A stretch of 64,000 nt of DNA from assembly GCA_051252135.1 (NCBI GenBank), contig JBPOGH010000001.1, positions 448,001 to 512,000 of the forward strand, written 5' to 3'. This DNA comes from Verrucomicrobiaceae bacterium (GTDB lineage Bacteria; Verrucomicrobiota; Verrucomicrobiia; Verrucomicrobiales; Akkermansiaceae). Positions within the stretch are counted from its first letter, which is position 1. The number at the start of each line of letters is the position of its first letter. A model generated the notes under the pieces. That model did not search any database. It had not been told where the DNA came from and saw only the letters and a program-made list of their open reading frames with translations. The position numbers and the translations under genes were made by a program. Shown piece after piece: positions 29,428 through 42,604 of this stretch.

Positions 29428-31041
29428 CTAAATGTTTGCGGGCTCGTAGTGGGGATCGTCTTCCGCCACTTCCACCGTCACAAACGAATCAGCCGTGTTG
29501 ATCATCTTCTGGCACGCCGGGCTTAAATGACGAAGCCTCACCCGCTTCCCGGCATTCTTGTAACGCTCCGTCAGTCCGTTGAGCGCCTCCAGGCTCGAGA
29601 AATCAGCCACGCGCGCGTCCTTGAAATCAATGATCACTTCGTCCGGATCATTCGAGGGAACCAACCGCTCCGCAAACTCACGCACCGATCCAAAATAAAG
29701 CACTCCCTGCAAATTGTAGATCCGCACGCCCTCTTGGCTGTCATCGCGCCGCATCCGCACATGCTTCGCACTCTCCCAGGCAAACACGAGAGCCGAAAGA
29801 ATCACTCCCACAAAGACTGCCAGAGCGAGATTGTGCATAAATACCGTGATCAACGTCACCGCAAGAATCACAAAAATCTCCGATAAAGGCACCCGTCCCC
29901 AGGTCTTCAACGTCGACCACTCAAAGGTCCCGATCACCACCATAAACATCACACCCACCAAGGCTGCTACCGGGATATGAACAATCACCGGACCACCCAC
30001 CATGATAAAGATCGCAAGCGCCAGCGCCGCCACGATTCCCGACCAACGTCCGCGACCACCCGATTTGATATTGATCAAACTCTGACCAATCATCGCACAA
30101 CCACCCATCCCGCCAAAGAGCCCGGAAAGGAAATTCGCCGAACCCTGGGCAAGGCACTCCTTGTTCCCCTTGCCCCGCGTCTCGGTCATATCGTCGATCA
30201 GCTGCAGCGTCATCAGAGACTCGATAATCCCCACCATCGCTGCCGAGAACGCCGTAATCACAATCAATAAGGTCGTTTCCTTGTTCCAAATAATGTCACT
30301 CGGCCACGCAGGCAGCGGAAAACTCCCCTTCAAAGTTCCGTCCCCACCACCGTTTTTCAAAACGTCCTCAATCGTCTTCGTCTCAAACAACCCAAAATAA
30401 CTCGCTCCCCCCACCACCAAAATCGCCACCAAAATCGAGGGCACCACATTCGTCAACTTCGGCAGAAATTGAATAATCGCCATCGTGATCGCCGCCAACA
30501 CGCCCATCATCACAATCGCATTCTGCTCCATCCAGATTCGCTTAAGGCTCCCCACAATCTCGGGATCAAAGTCCGGATTCGGCATCTTGAATGAGTCAAA
30601 CTGCGACATCAAAATCACAATCGCCAGACCATTCACAAAGCCCATCATCACCGGATGAGGCACCAGGCGGATAAAGCGACCCAGCTTTCCGATTCCGAAC
30701 AAAATCTGAATCACCCCCGCCACCATTAAGGTCATAAAAAGATACTGCAGACCCAGGTCCTCCACACCCCGCTCAAGGCCCGCCACGTTGCCAATCTCCA
30801 CCACTTTTCCCACCACCACCGCAATCGCTCCCGTCGCTCCGGAAATCATCCCCGGGCGCCCGCCGAAGGACGAGGTGATGAATCCCATAAACACCGCCGC
30901 CCACAGACCGACCAACGGATCAACTCCCGCAATAAAGGAAAACGCAATCGCTTCCGGCACCAGCGCCAGGGCCACGGTCAGTCCGGAGAGGGTGTCATCT
31001 TTCCAATTACCGTTCTGCTTCTTAATCAGGTTGAAAATCAT
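29428..31041 (-). CDS. SulP-family inorganic anion transporter with STAS domain
   Basis: [21 protein letters not shown] and GGCAMIGQS motifs; C-terminal STAS domain; start taken at ATG 31041. Confidence 0.94.
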   Translation of the reverse strand: MIFNLIKKQNGNWKDDTLSGLTVALALVPEAIAFSFIAGVDPLVGLWAAVFMGFITSSFGGRPGMISGATGAIAVVVGKVVEIGNVAGLERGVEDLGLQYLFMTLMVAGVIQILFGIGKLGRFIRLVPHPVMMGFVNGLAIVILMSQFDSFKMPNPDFDPEIVGSLKRIWMEQNAIVMMGVLAAITMAIIQFLPKLTNVVPSILVAILVVGGASYFGLFETKTIEDVLKNGGGDGTLKGSFPLPAWPSDIIWNKETTLLIVITAFSAAMVGIIESLMTLQLIDDMTETRGKGNKECLAQGSANFLSGLFGGMGGCAMIGQSLINIKSGGRGRWSGIVAALALAIFIMVGGPVIVHIPVAALVGVMFMVVIGTFEWSTLKTWGRVPLSEIFVILAVTLITVFMHNLALAVFVGVILSALVFAWESAKHVRMRRDDSQEGVRIYNLQGVLYFGSVREFAERLVPSNDPDEVIIDFKDARVADFSSLEALNGLTERYKNAGKRVRLRHLSPACQKMINTADSFVTVEVAEDDPHYEPANI

Positions 31042-31144
31042 GGAGTCGTGTGGGTTCCGCCAGCTGTCAGACAGCAAACAGTCACGCCGCCTTAAGGGCC
31101 TCCACCTCCATTTGCAAGAAGTTCGTCAGCTGAAAAACTCCCCC

Positions 31145-32296
31145 TCACCCCATCATCCGCTCAAAGGTCCAATAAAGCCCCACCACCGCAATCATCCCCG
31201 ATACCACTTTCCTGAAGCACGGAAACCACCCCTTCTTGAATCCCCAAAAAGTCAGCACGAACGCCATCACAAGCACCGTGATCTGCCCCAGCTCAACCCC
31301 CACATTGAATCCAATGAGCGGCTTCAAAAGCGAACCCGCGGGCAGGTCCAACTCCCCCATCACCGATGCAAACCCCATCCCGTGCAGCAAGCCCAACCCA
31401 AACACCAGTATCACCCGCCAAGGCTTCAATTCCTTCACCCAAAGGTTCTCGATCCCCACGTAGGCGATGCTCAACGCAATCATCGATTCCACAATCTGCG
31501 CCGGCACACTGAACACCCCCAGGATCACCAGAGCCAGAGTGATCGAGTGCGCCACCGTAAAGGCAGAGGTCTGGTAAAGCAGTGGCTTCCACTTCGGCTG
31601 AAGCAGGAAGAGACCCACGATGAAGAGGATGTGGTCCAATCCCATTGGCAGAATATGGACAAAACCCAGATGGATCCACTTCCACAGAGACAGAGCTCCG
31701 GCCTCCGTCGTCACCTTCCCGTCACTCGACACCCGAAAAACCGGCATCGCCCCCTCACCCGTCTCGAAAAGAAGCGCACCCTCCTCAAAGGGTTCCTGAA
31801 GCGCCTCCGCCCCCTTTAGCGACAACAAAAGAAGCGCCTCATCAGGATCCTCCCACGTAATGGTAAACACCCCCTCTTTACCCTCCGGAAGCTCCCCCTC
31901 CAACCTGGTGTGAATCAAGGCAACCCCCTCTTCATCCGTCTCAAAGCTCGGCGGAGTCTTTGCCAAATCGGGATAGCTGATCTCAAAGCCCAGCGCCTCG
32001 CCATCCAAAGCCGGCAGGAAGTAATCTTCAAAGACGGCATTGTTGATCGCCTTCATCCGACGCCAATCCTCATCATCCAACGTCTCCATCCACGATAACC
32101 CGATGATCCCGTCGGCAGGCAGCACCGCCCGCGGACCATCCTCCGGATAAATCGCCCACGCCTCCACCAACACATCAATCACCCAACGATCCTCCGAAAC
32201 GGTAAACTCCCCCTGAATCTTCGATAACTGATGCGCCGATACGCCCGCTGCTCCCAGAAGCCAAAAGAAAAACCCTACGAAAATAAACGCTCTCAT
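31145..32296 (-). CDS. HupE/UreJ-family protein with N-terminal extracytoplasmic domain
   Basis: Signal peptide ending SA-HQ; HI-x3-LDHILF, FTVAHSITL, GLLHGMGFA and FNVGVELGQ motifs. Confidence 0.88.
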   Translation of the reverse strand: MRAFIFVGFFFWLLGAAGVSAHQLSKIQGEFTVSEDRWVIDVLVEAWAIYPEDGPRAVLPADGIIGLSWMETLDDEDWRRMKAINNAVFEDYFLPALDGEALGFEISYPDLAKTPPSFETDEEGVALIHTRLEGELPEGKEGVFTITWEDPDEALLLLSLKGAEALQEPFEEGALLFETGEGAMPVFRVSSDGKVTTEAGALSLWKWIHLGFVHILPMGLDHILFIVGLFLLQPKWKPLLYQTSAFTVAHSITLALVILGVFSVPAQIVESMIALSIAYVGIENLWVKELKPWRVILVFGLGLLHGMGFASVMGELDLPAGSLLKPLIGFNVGVELGQITVLVMAFVLTFWGFKKGWFPCFRKVVSGMIAVVGLYWTFERMMG

Positions 32297-32305
32297 TCGA
32301 AAAAA

Positions 32306-33745
32306 TCAGTCACTCCCGTTCTCCACCTCATGCAGGCATTCCACAAAAACCCCATACACCTCGCTGTCAAAATCACTCGCCTTCTTACTCCGGGAAGTGA
32401 ACCATTTTTGCAACTTTACCCGCCTCTCCCGCGAAAACGCCCTCACCCAACCCGCATCTTCCTCATGTGCCGCCAACTCGCCCTCCCGCTTCCCGTGTGA
32501 TCTCGAGATGATTTCACGATAGTGATGCAGGGCACGATCCAAAAGTATCCATGGAAAATTCTGACTCGCCGGCGGCCCCATGATCAGAGCCCGCTTGCTT
32601 CCCTTTCCTCCCGTCATCCCCATCTTCAGATCAGGCAAATCCTCTCCCTTAAAAAATGCCGCACTCGCTCCTCCGATCGCTCCGAACAACGTCCCCAATC
32701 CATGGGTCAGCCCACCCGAACCCAAATCCACCGCAATCCCCGCCGCCCCTCCGGCCACCCCTCCGGCCAGCGTCAATTGACCTTTCGAAAGCCCCCACTT
32801 CTGCCACGTCTCTTCCGAGCTGAGATCCAATCCGTTGAAAAGCTCTTCATCGACATCCACCATAATCGACTGGTGACGGTAAAGCCGGAGTATCTTCCGA
32901 TAAGTCCCCTCCTCCAACTTGGCAATCGCACCGTAGTACTTACGGGTCAGTTCCTTGCGCTTCCGCTCCTTCTTCGATTCGATCTGCTCCTCGGTCTCAT
33001 CCAGCGCCACCGACTCCCGGTGGGCCAAAGCCTTCTCCAGAAACGCCATCAAATGCTCCGCACTCTCTTCCCTTCGCTGGCTCCACTCATACTCAATCAG
33101 CTCAATCGTTTCCTCAATCCGCTGCCTGTTGTGTTCGTCAATTTCCAGCAGAGACTTGAGCAATCTCTTCCGCTCCTCAAACCGCGCCCGATGCGCATTG
33201 AACGTCCGCACCAGATTGAAATAACTGCCCAGTCGCGTCCTCCATTCCTTCTCCCGCTCCGGGTCACTTTCCTTTTCGTTGAGCAGTGCCATCCGCGGCC
33301 GCCCCGTCCAACGTAGAATCTCCATCTCCGCCACAAACGTATCCCTCAGAGGCTTGGACGGATCGATCACGTAAAGCACGCCCGCCCCATCAATCAACGG
33401 CCTCAGAAGCCGCGCCTCATCTTCAAATTCCCCATCCTGCCCCTGACCTTCCACAAACGCCTTGATCGTCGCAAGGTCCGGAGTCCCCTCGCCGTGCAAT
33501 GTCTGGATCGCCCGCATCGCCTCAAGCGCATTCGAAAAGCCCGGCGTATCCACAAAACGAATCATCTCACGCCCTTCGTATTTTACCGGTAAATCCTGAC
33601 AATGCGTCGTCGCCCCCGGCGTCGCACTCACCCGCACCACACTGTCATCATCAATCTCCAGCAGCGTGGCCAACACCGATGACTTCCCCATGTTGATCTT
33701 TCCCACCACCGCGAAAGTCGGCACCTCTGTATTCACTTCACTCAT
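32306..33745 (-). CDS. GTPase / DUF3482 domain protein
   Basis: G1 GKINMGKSS, G2 PGATT, G3 DTPG; EMEILRWTGRPRMALLN; Gly/Ala-rich hydrophobic hairpin; ATGA overlap with the upstream gene. Confidence 0.87.
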   Translation of the reverse strand: MSEVNTEVPTFAVVGKINMGKSSVLATLLEIDDDSVVRVSATPGATTHCQDLPVKYEGREMIRFVDTPGFSNALEAMRAIQTLHGEGTPDLATIKAFVEGQGQDGEFEDEARLLRPLIDGAGVLYVIDPSKPLRDTFVAEMEILRWTGRPRMALLNEKESDPEREKEWRTRLGSYFNLVRTFNAHRARFEERKRLLKSLLEIDEHNRQRIEETIELIEYEWSQRREESAEHLMAFLEKALAHRESVALDETEEQIESKKERKRKELTRKYYGAIAKLEEGTYRKILRLYRHQSIMVDVDEELFNGLDLSSEETWQKWGLSKGQLTLAGGVAGGAAGIAVDLGSGGLTHGLGTLFGAIGGASAAFFKGEDLPDLKMGMTGGKGSKRALIMGPPASQNFPWILLDRALHHYREIISRSHGKREGELAAHEEDAGWVRAFSRERRVKLQKWFTSRSKKASDFDSEVYGVFVECLHEVENGSD

Positions 33746-35283
33746 TCTCCTGCCTCGTTTCCACCGGTGTAAGGAAGGCACTCCATCAAGGGATCCCCCA
33801 CCTCATCAACCACCTTTGTCCATGCCTCGACTTCCTCTTTGGGAGGAGCTGCCACCCCCTCTTTCGAAACCTTCCCCAACACCAAAACCCGAATCACCAT
33901 CTCATTACCCGCTTCATGCCGCATCCTTTTCCAAAGACCCGTAAATTGCTTCGGCGAAAGATTCCAGCCTTCCACCAAAATCACCACCCCGCATGGAGCT
34001 TCCCGCATCGCTTCCCAGGCCTCCCTTTCCTCCTCTTGGTCCAGCACATCGACGGAGTATCGCGCCTCCGGATTGACCCGAAGGGTTTTGAGCAAAAACG
34101 GACGTAACACCTCCGTCTCAACCTCCAACCCACCCACATCGCACAACACCACACCATCCCTCAATCCCTCCATCTCAAAACTTCGCTCCACCTGACTCAG
34201 CTCACGCCAAAGTTCGCGATGCGCCGGATCCTGAAACTCCAGTCCGGCCAACACCTTCCGCTCTTTCCACACCGCGAAAATTAAAAAAGCCAACCGCGGC
34301 AACAATCCCCACACCATGATCGCCAAAAAGAAAAACCACGCCCACGCAAGGTTCGCCCGGAGACGCACCGGTATCGTCATGCTCTCTCCGTGACTCTCAA
34401 AACGATAGTCGGAATCATCCCGCAACTCGGACAGACCAATGTCAGCACCCGTCGGTCGCTCTCCACCCCACGGAAAGGCAATCACTGAAGTCACCTTCTC
34501 CAGACTGGGAGCCCCCACCGGTAAGGTGGACTCCCAATAAAATCCCACTTTGCTAAACCAAAGGACTCCAAAAAGCCCAATCAGCAACCCCACATTATAC
34601 CCCACTCCTCCAAGTTGAAGCACCCGCGTCAGCCTCCATCCCAGCGCCGATTTATGCTGCTTCTTCCCTTTGATCAAATGGGCCCATTCTTCACTTCCAA
34701 TCTGCCCCGAAAACCGTCGCACCAAGCCTCCCACCATCGCCTTCAACCCCATCAACCCATGCGACCACCTCCGGATCAGCAAATAACTCACGATCCCTGC
34801 CAGGATCAACAACCACTGGATTCCCAGAGTCACACCCAGAAAGAGCCAAATGTTGAAGCCCTTCGCCGCCACTTTCTGCCCCTCCGCAGTCGCATGGTCG
34901 ACATTGGAGAGGTCAAAGGTCATCCAGCCGTCGGACTCCACCTGCAAGATGTAGGGTCCGCCTTCATACTCATAGGTCGTGATCAACCCCTTCACCACTC
35001 CCACTCCCGCCAAAAAAGTCAGGATCAGGATCGCCAAGCCCACAATTCGCGCCGCAGCCGTCACCCTTCTCCCAGGCGACACCTCGCCTGGAGAACGATG
35101 GGCAAGCAGCCAGTATTTCAAACCCCAACGCCGTTTCTCAACGCCATCACCTGCAGCACCGCCCTTCCGCATCTCACGTCGAATCTCCTGCCCAATCTCT
35201 CCGGTATCCGATGGTTCCCCATTCAGCTCTACCTCAAAATCAATAAGCTCTTCCAAGCTCCAACTGACGCCACGCCTTGCCAT
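33742..35283 (-). CDS. DUF2868 domain membrane protein
   Basis: LIDFE N-terminus, several TM segments, F-Y-WESTL and WGLLPRL motifs; coupled to the DUF3482 GTPase. Confidence 0.82.
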   Translation of the reverse strand: MARRGVSWSLEELIDFEVELNGEPSDTGEIGQEIRREMRKGGAAGDGVEKRRWGLKYWLLAHRSPGEVSPGRRVTAAARIVGLAILILTFLAGVGVVKGLITTYEYEGGPYILQVESDGWMTFDLSNVDHATAEGQKVAAKGFNIWLFLGVTLGIQWLLILAGIVSYLLIRRWSHGLMGLKAMVGGLVRRFSGQIGSEEWAHLIKGKKQHKSALGWRLTRVLQLGGVGYNVGLLIGLFGVLWFSKVGFYWESTLPVGAPSLEKVTSVIAFPWGGERPTGADIGLSELRDDSDYRFESHGESMTIPVRLRANLAWAWFFFLAIMVWGLLPRLAFLIFAVWKERKVLAGLEFQDPAHRELWRELSQVERSFEMEGLRDGVVLCDVGGLEVETEVLRPFLLKTLRVNPEARYSVDVLDQEEEREAWEAMREAPCGVVILVEGWNLSPKQFTGLWKRMRHEAGNEMVIRVLVLGKVSKEGVAAPPKEEVEAWTKVVDEVGDPLMECLPYTGGNEAGE

Positions 35284-35352
35284 TAACTGGACAAAGAATG
35301 AGGTCGTTTTCCGGAGAACGCAATCCCTTCCCAAAATAAGCCACACACACCC

Positions 35353-35376
35353 ATCAACAAATCATGATTTGTAGAT
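35353..35376. promoter_or_regulatory. Palindromic operator upstream of metH (SahR/ArsR-like)
   Basis: ATCAACAAATCATGATTTGTAGAT: 24-bp palindrome with one mismatched pair, just upstream of TTGAGA-N16-CACAAT. Confidence 0.6.
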
Positions 35377-35428
35377 TTTAACTTGAGATTCTCCCGCCCA
35401 CCCGCACAATCCCGTCACCGCCTACCTC

Positions 35429-36514
35429 ATGCCAAACGACCTGACTTCCGAGCTCCAACAAGCCCTCTCCAAACGCATCCTCGTCCTTGATGGTGCCATG
35501 GGAACCACCATTCGCGGATACGAATTAGCCGAGGCCGACGCCCGCGGAGACCGCTTCAAGGACAACCACGAAGATCTGCTAAACAACGGCGACATCCTCT
35601 CCATCACCCGTCCCGATGTCATCTCCGACATCCACAAGCGATTCTACGAAGCCGGTTCGGACATCTGCGAGACCAACACCTTCTCCGGCACCGTCCTCGC
35701 CCAATCCGAATTCTTCGTCCCCGACCCCCGCAAATCCGGAGGCATCAAAAACCCCGAGTTCTTCGACACCCAAGTCATTGCCAACAAACAACTCCAGGAC
35801 CTCGTTTGGGAACTCAACGTCGAATCCGTCAAACTCGCCAAGGAGCAAGCCGAACGCGTCGGAAATGAAACCGGCCGCAAACGCTACGTCGCCGGAGCCA
35901 TCGGCCCCCTCACCGTCTCTCTCACCAACGTCGTCGATCCTGACGACACCGCCTTCCGTGCCGTCACCTTTGATCAGGTCAAAGGCACCTACGCCCATCA
36001 AATCGAAGCCCTCCTCTCAGCCGACTGCGACATCCTCATGGTCGAAACCATCTTCGACGCCCTCAACGCCAAAGCCGCCCTCGTCGCCATCAAGGAATCC
36101 GGCACCAAGGTCCCCGTCATCATCAGCGCAGCCGTCGGACGCGGTGGGGAAACCATGATCTCCGCTCAAAAAGTCGAAGCCCTTTGGAACACCTTCGCCC
36201 ACATCAACCCGCTCGCCATCGGCCTCAATTGCTCCTTGGGGCCGGACCTCATGGAACCCTTCCTCCGCGAGCTCGGCCAGGTCGCCACTTCCCATATCTC
36301 CTGCTATCCCAACGCCGGACTCCCCAACCCCCTCGCCCCCACCGGATTTGATCTCCTCCCCGAACACATGGCCGAATACGCCGCCGACTTCGCCGACAAA
36401 GGATACGTCAATCTCATCGGAGGCTGCTGCGGTAACACCCCCGAACACATCGCCGCCATTGCCCAAGCCGTCGAAGGCAAAACCCCTCGTCCCGTTCCGT
36501 CCCTGATTTCTTAG
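35429..36514 (+). CDS. metH: Methionine synthase, stand-alone homocysteine-binding (S-methyltransferase) domain
   Basis: [32 protein letters not shown] and GGCCG motifs. Confidence 0.95.
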   Translation: MPNDLTSELQQALSKRILVLDGAMGTTIRGYELAEADARGDRFKDNHEDLLNNGDILSITRPDVISDIHKRFYEAGSDICETNTFSGTVLAQSEFFVPDPRKSGGIKNPEFFDTQVIANKQLQDLVWELNVESVKLAKEQAERVGNETGRKRYVAGAIGPLTVSLTNVVDPDDTAFRAVTFDQVKGTYAHQIEALLSADCDILMVETIFDALNAKAALVAIKESGTKVPVIISAAVGRGGETMISAQKVEALWNTFAHINPLAIGLNCSLGPDLMEPFLRELGQVATSHISCYPNAGLPNPLAPTGFDLLPEHMAEYAADFADKGYVNLIGGCCGNTPEHIAAIAQAVEGKTPRPVPSLIS

Positions 36515-36537
36515 TTCTTCTCATCAAGTTCGTTCGG

Positions 36538-36572
36538 ATTTCAAATCTCACTGTTCAAATTTCAGATTTCCA
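36538..36572 (+). repeat. Five tandem degenerate heptamers between the two metH genes
   Basis: ATTTCAA ATCTCAC TGTTCAA ATTTCAG ATTTCCA, ending exactly at the ATG at 36573. Confidence 0.65.
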
Positions 36573-39310
<2,738 letters not shown>

Positions 39311-39317
<7 letters not shown>

Positions 39318-40552
39318 CCCCCTTTGATTTTCCAAAGCGTCGTCTCCGCCCTCACAATCATTCCGCCCTCGTAAATGATCGGCGTTGCAAACACCGGCTC
39401 GCCGAAATCATTCTCGGCAAGCTGCTTCGCCCCCTCGCGGCTCACCTCGTGGACGTAACCCACCCCCTCCTCGGTGAAGGAATAAAAACGGTTCCCGACC
39501 AACATCGGCGAGGCCGAAAAGTTCCGCTTCAGCGATTCCACCCAAAGTCGCTCCCCGTCCTTCTTGTTGATCGCACTCAGCTTCCCTGAGTCCTCGATCA
39601 AATAAATCGTATCGTCTTGAATCACGAACGAAGGCGTCTTCGGAATATCCTTCTTCGCTTCCCACTTCACGTGACTCTTCGTCACATCCCCCGCCGCATC
39701 CTTCAGCTCAATCGCCATCAACCGCGGCTTCATAAAACCGGTTGCCAGATAAACAACACCTTCGTCCAACACCGGAGTCGGAACCAATGACCAACCCCCT
39801 CCGCAGTCGACCTCCCAGACCAACTCACCATCTTGAGGGCGGTAAGCCCCCACATGCTCACTCCCCTGGCTCACTACCAGTGACTCGCCATTCATCTCAA
39901 TCACCAGCGGAGTCCCAAAGGAAAACTTTCGTGACGTTTCCACCCCACGATGCTTCTCCCAAAGCTTCTTCCCCGTCTTTGCATCCAATCCACGAGTCAA
40001 CGCCTCGTCCTTCCCATCCGCCGTGAAGACCAACACCCCGTCCGCCAACACCGCACTCCCGCCATTCCCATGCACCGCATCATAGGTCTCATGATAGCGC
40101 CACTGCACCTCGCCATCCTTCAAACTCAATGCCGCCGTCCCCATATGCCCAAAATGGGCAAAAACCACCCCGTCCACAATCAAGGCCGACGGACTCGCCA
40201 GGCCATTCTTGTGATGGCGGATCGCCGCCTCTTCCTCGGAAGGCTCAAAGACTTTCTCGTTCCACACCATCTTTCCACTCTCCGCATCCACCGCCACCAC
40301 CCGCAGCTCCACCTTCTCTTCTCCCACTGCCGTCGTCACCACGATCAAGCCCCCGCTTTGCACCGGCGAGGACCAACCCTTCCCCGGAATCTCCGTCTTC
40401 CAAACAACATCCTTTTCAAAATCAACCTCCACCGGAACACCCGCCGCCTCCACCACCCCCTGCATCCCGCCCCCCCGAATCTGAGGCCACTCGACGGCCA
40501 TCAGATGAGTGGCTAGAGAAAGAAGGATGAAACCAAATCGAAACGCGTTCAT
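39311..40552 (-). CDS. PQQ-binding-like beta-propeller repeat protein (secreted)
   Basis: Signal peptide, [19 protein letters not shown], repeated D-x-x-T/S-G-x-x-x-W blades. Confidence 0.88.
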
Positions 40553-40659
40553 AGTGATCCCCTACTCAATCAATTGAGAACATTCTTTCAAGGCATTGCA
40601 TTCCCTTCTCCCGAAGTTTTCCACCTTTCCATCGAACAACCAAAAATTAAGATCAATCA

Positions 40660-41421
40660 ATGACCTTCGTCCCCCCTTGTCTCTGCACTCTCCTGATCTT
40701 GCTGGGGAGCCTCTCTTCGCGGGCCGAAATCCCCGTCCTCAACCAATACGTCCTCGCCGCCGTCAAATCCATGCCCTCCGGTGGCGGCTACGAAGCCTCC
40801 CAAGTCGCCGTCGACCGACTCGCCGCCAGCGTCACGCTCAAAAACGGCACCATCCAACAAGACACCCGCGCCTGCGGAAAATCCTTCTGCTCCGGAGCCA
40901 CCTACCTCGTCTTCCTCCGTGTCATCGACCGGCTCCAGAAAAACAACTCCCTCACCCTCTCCGAAAAAAACCTTCAACGCTACGCCACCCTCGGCGTCAA
41001 GGATGGTGAGGAAATCTTTGGCCGCTGGAATGCCAACGGACCCGGCACCGCCAAGCTCTTCACCGAACTCGGCTGCGGCGTCAACTTCACCTCCTACGAC
41101 CACGCCCAACCCGGCGATTTCATGAAAATCTGGTGGACCGATGCCATCGGCGGACGCGAGCGCGGCCACCTCGTCGTCTACCTCGGCCACACCAAGGATA
41201 CCGTCAAATTCTGGTCCTCCAACGAGCCCTCCGGATACGGCAGCAAAACCGTCGCCCGCTCCCTTATCAAGCACGCCCTCTTTAGCCGCCTCACCCGCCA
41301 CGATCGCCTCACCAAAGCCTCCGGCCTCTCCCCCAAAAACCAATTCCTCGCCGACATGCTCCGCAAGCCCTTCACTTGGGCCCAGGTCGTCAGGCAATGC
41401 AACGTCCGCCCATCCCCATGA
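40660..41421 (+). CDS. Secreted hypothetical protein, possible NlpC/P60-like Cys-His hydrolase
   Basis: Signal peptide; GGGY, SFCSGATY, QPGDF and GHLVVYLG motifs. Confidence 0.7.
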   Translation: MTFVPPCLCTLLILLGSLSSRAEIPVLNQYVLAAVKSMPSGGGYEASQVAVDRLAASVTLKNGTIQQDTRACGKSFCSGATYLVFLRVIDRLQKNNSLTLSEKNLQRYATLGVKDGEEIFGRWNANGPGTAKLFTELGCGVNFTSYDHAQPGDFMKIWWTDAIGGRERGHLVVYLGHTKDTVKFWSSNEPSGYGSKTVARSLIKHALFSRLTRHDRLTKASGLSPKNQFLADMLRKPFTWAQVVRQCNVRPSP

Positions 41422-42095
41422 TCGACTGGCAGGACATTCTCAAAAAACGAGAAACCCCCACCCACTTCGTCGTCGAAGGCCGACACGCCGTCGAACGCCT
41501 TCTTGATTCCCCCTTTCACGTCGAAAAGGTCATCGAAATCGGCAAAGACCTCTCCCGCGACGAAGCCTCCGCCCTCCTCGGCTTCCACTTCCACCGCTCC
41601 CACCTCGCCGTCGCCCGAAAACCAGACACCAACCCGGACCTCTCCTCATTCGCCTCCGGCCCCCTCGTCGTCCTGCCTGAAATCGCCGACCCCGGAAATC
41701 TCGGCACCATCATTCGCAACACCGCCGCCCTCGGAGGCTCCGGCCTCCTCCTCGGAAAAGGAACCTCCCCCTACAATGCCAAGGCCGTCCGCGCCTCCGC
41801 CGGAGCCCTCTTCCGCCTCCCCATCCGCCAAAGCCCCGACCTCCTGGCCGATCTCGCTACCCTCCACACCTCCCGCACCCTCCTCGGCACCTGCCTCTCC
41901 CCTCAAGCCATCCCCATCCGCCAACTCCCTCAACCTAAACTCCCCGTCGCCCTCATCCTCGGCCCCGAGGACTTCGGAATTGGCTCCGAAATCCAGGCTC
42001 TCTGCCACCACCTTGTCTCCATTCCCATGCACCAAAATATGGACTCACTCAACGTCGCCTCCTCCTCCGCCATCTTCCTTCATGCGCTCCATTGA
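41418..42095 (+). CDS. TrmH/SpoU-family RNA methyltransferase
   Basis: DPGNLGTIIR, RASAGA, LGPEDFG and IPM...DSLNVA SPOUT motifs; ATG at 41418 overlaps the upstream TGA. Confidence 0.92.
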   Translation: MIDWQDILKKRETPTHFVVEGRHAVERLLDSPFHVEKVIEIGKDLSRDEASALLGFHFHRSHLAVARKPDTNPDLSSFASGPLVVLPEIADPGNLGTIIRNTAALGGSGLLLGKGTSPYNAKAVRASAGALFRLPIRQSPDLLADLATLHTSRTLLGTCLSPQAIPIRQLPQPKLPVALILGPEDFGIGSEIQALCHHLVSIPMHQNMDSLNVASSSAIFLHALH

Positions 42096-42164
42096 GATTT
42101 TCGTGTGACAAGACACCTTTTTTGACCTTTTATTCCTCTGTTTTAAAACAACCCCCAAACAATT

Positions 42165-42491
42165 ATGTACGAACTCTTCCAAAGCGAAAAAACCGAAAAG
42201 TATCACTTCCGCCTCAAAGCCGGCAACGGCGAGATCATCCTCCAGTCCCAAGGGTACAAGGATAAGAAGGGTGCCGAGAATGGCATCGCCTCCGTCAGCA
42301 AGAACGGAATCGACGAAGGAAACTTCGAAAAAAAGGAAGCCTCCAACGGCAAATTCTACTTTGTGCTCAAAGCGGGCAACGGCCAAATCGTCGGCCAGTC
42401 CCAGCAATACAAGACCGAGTCCGGCCGCGACAACGGTATCAAGTCCGTCGGTAAGAACTGCGTTGGCGACACCAAAGACCTCACCGCTTAA
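42165..42491 (+). CDS. YegP-family protein (two DUF1508 repeats)
   Basis: Duplicated F-x-LKAGNG-x-I-x3-SQ-x-Y...NGI-x-SV-x-KN. Confidence 0.92.
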   Translation: MYELFQSEKTEKYHFRLKAGNGEIILQSQGYKDKKGAENGIASVSKNGIDEGNFEKKEASNGKFYFVLKAGNGQIVGQSQQYKTESGRDNGIKSVGKNCVGDTKDLTA

Positions 42492-42510
42492 ACCATTTTA
42501 AACACTTCTC

Positions 42511-42548
42511 AAAAAGCCTCCGCACCCCTCGGGATCGGAGGCTTTTTT
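42511..42548 (+). terminator. Rho-independent terminator after the YegP-family gene
   Basis: AAAAAGCCTCCG...CGGAGGCTTTTTT. Confidence 0.85.
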
Positions 42549-42604
42549 ATTCTCCTGTCTTCACCACTTGCACCCTCCGCCCCATCAGCTAACTTCCTCC
42601 CGTT

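Noticed and set aside
35284..35428. SAM or cobalamin riboswitch upstream of metH
   Set aside because: No riboswitch core motifs, and the predicted leader is too short; a palindromic operator is present instead
36515..36572. metH as a frameshifted pseudogene
   Set aside because: Both halves are intact, break at a domain boundary, and have their own start and stop codons
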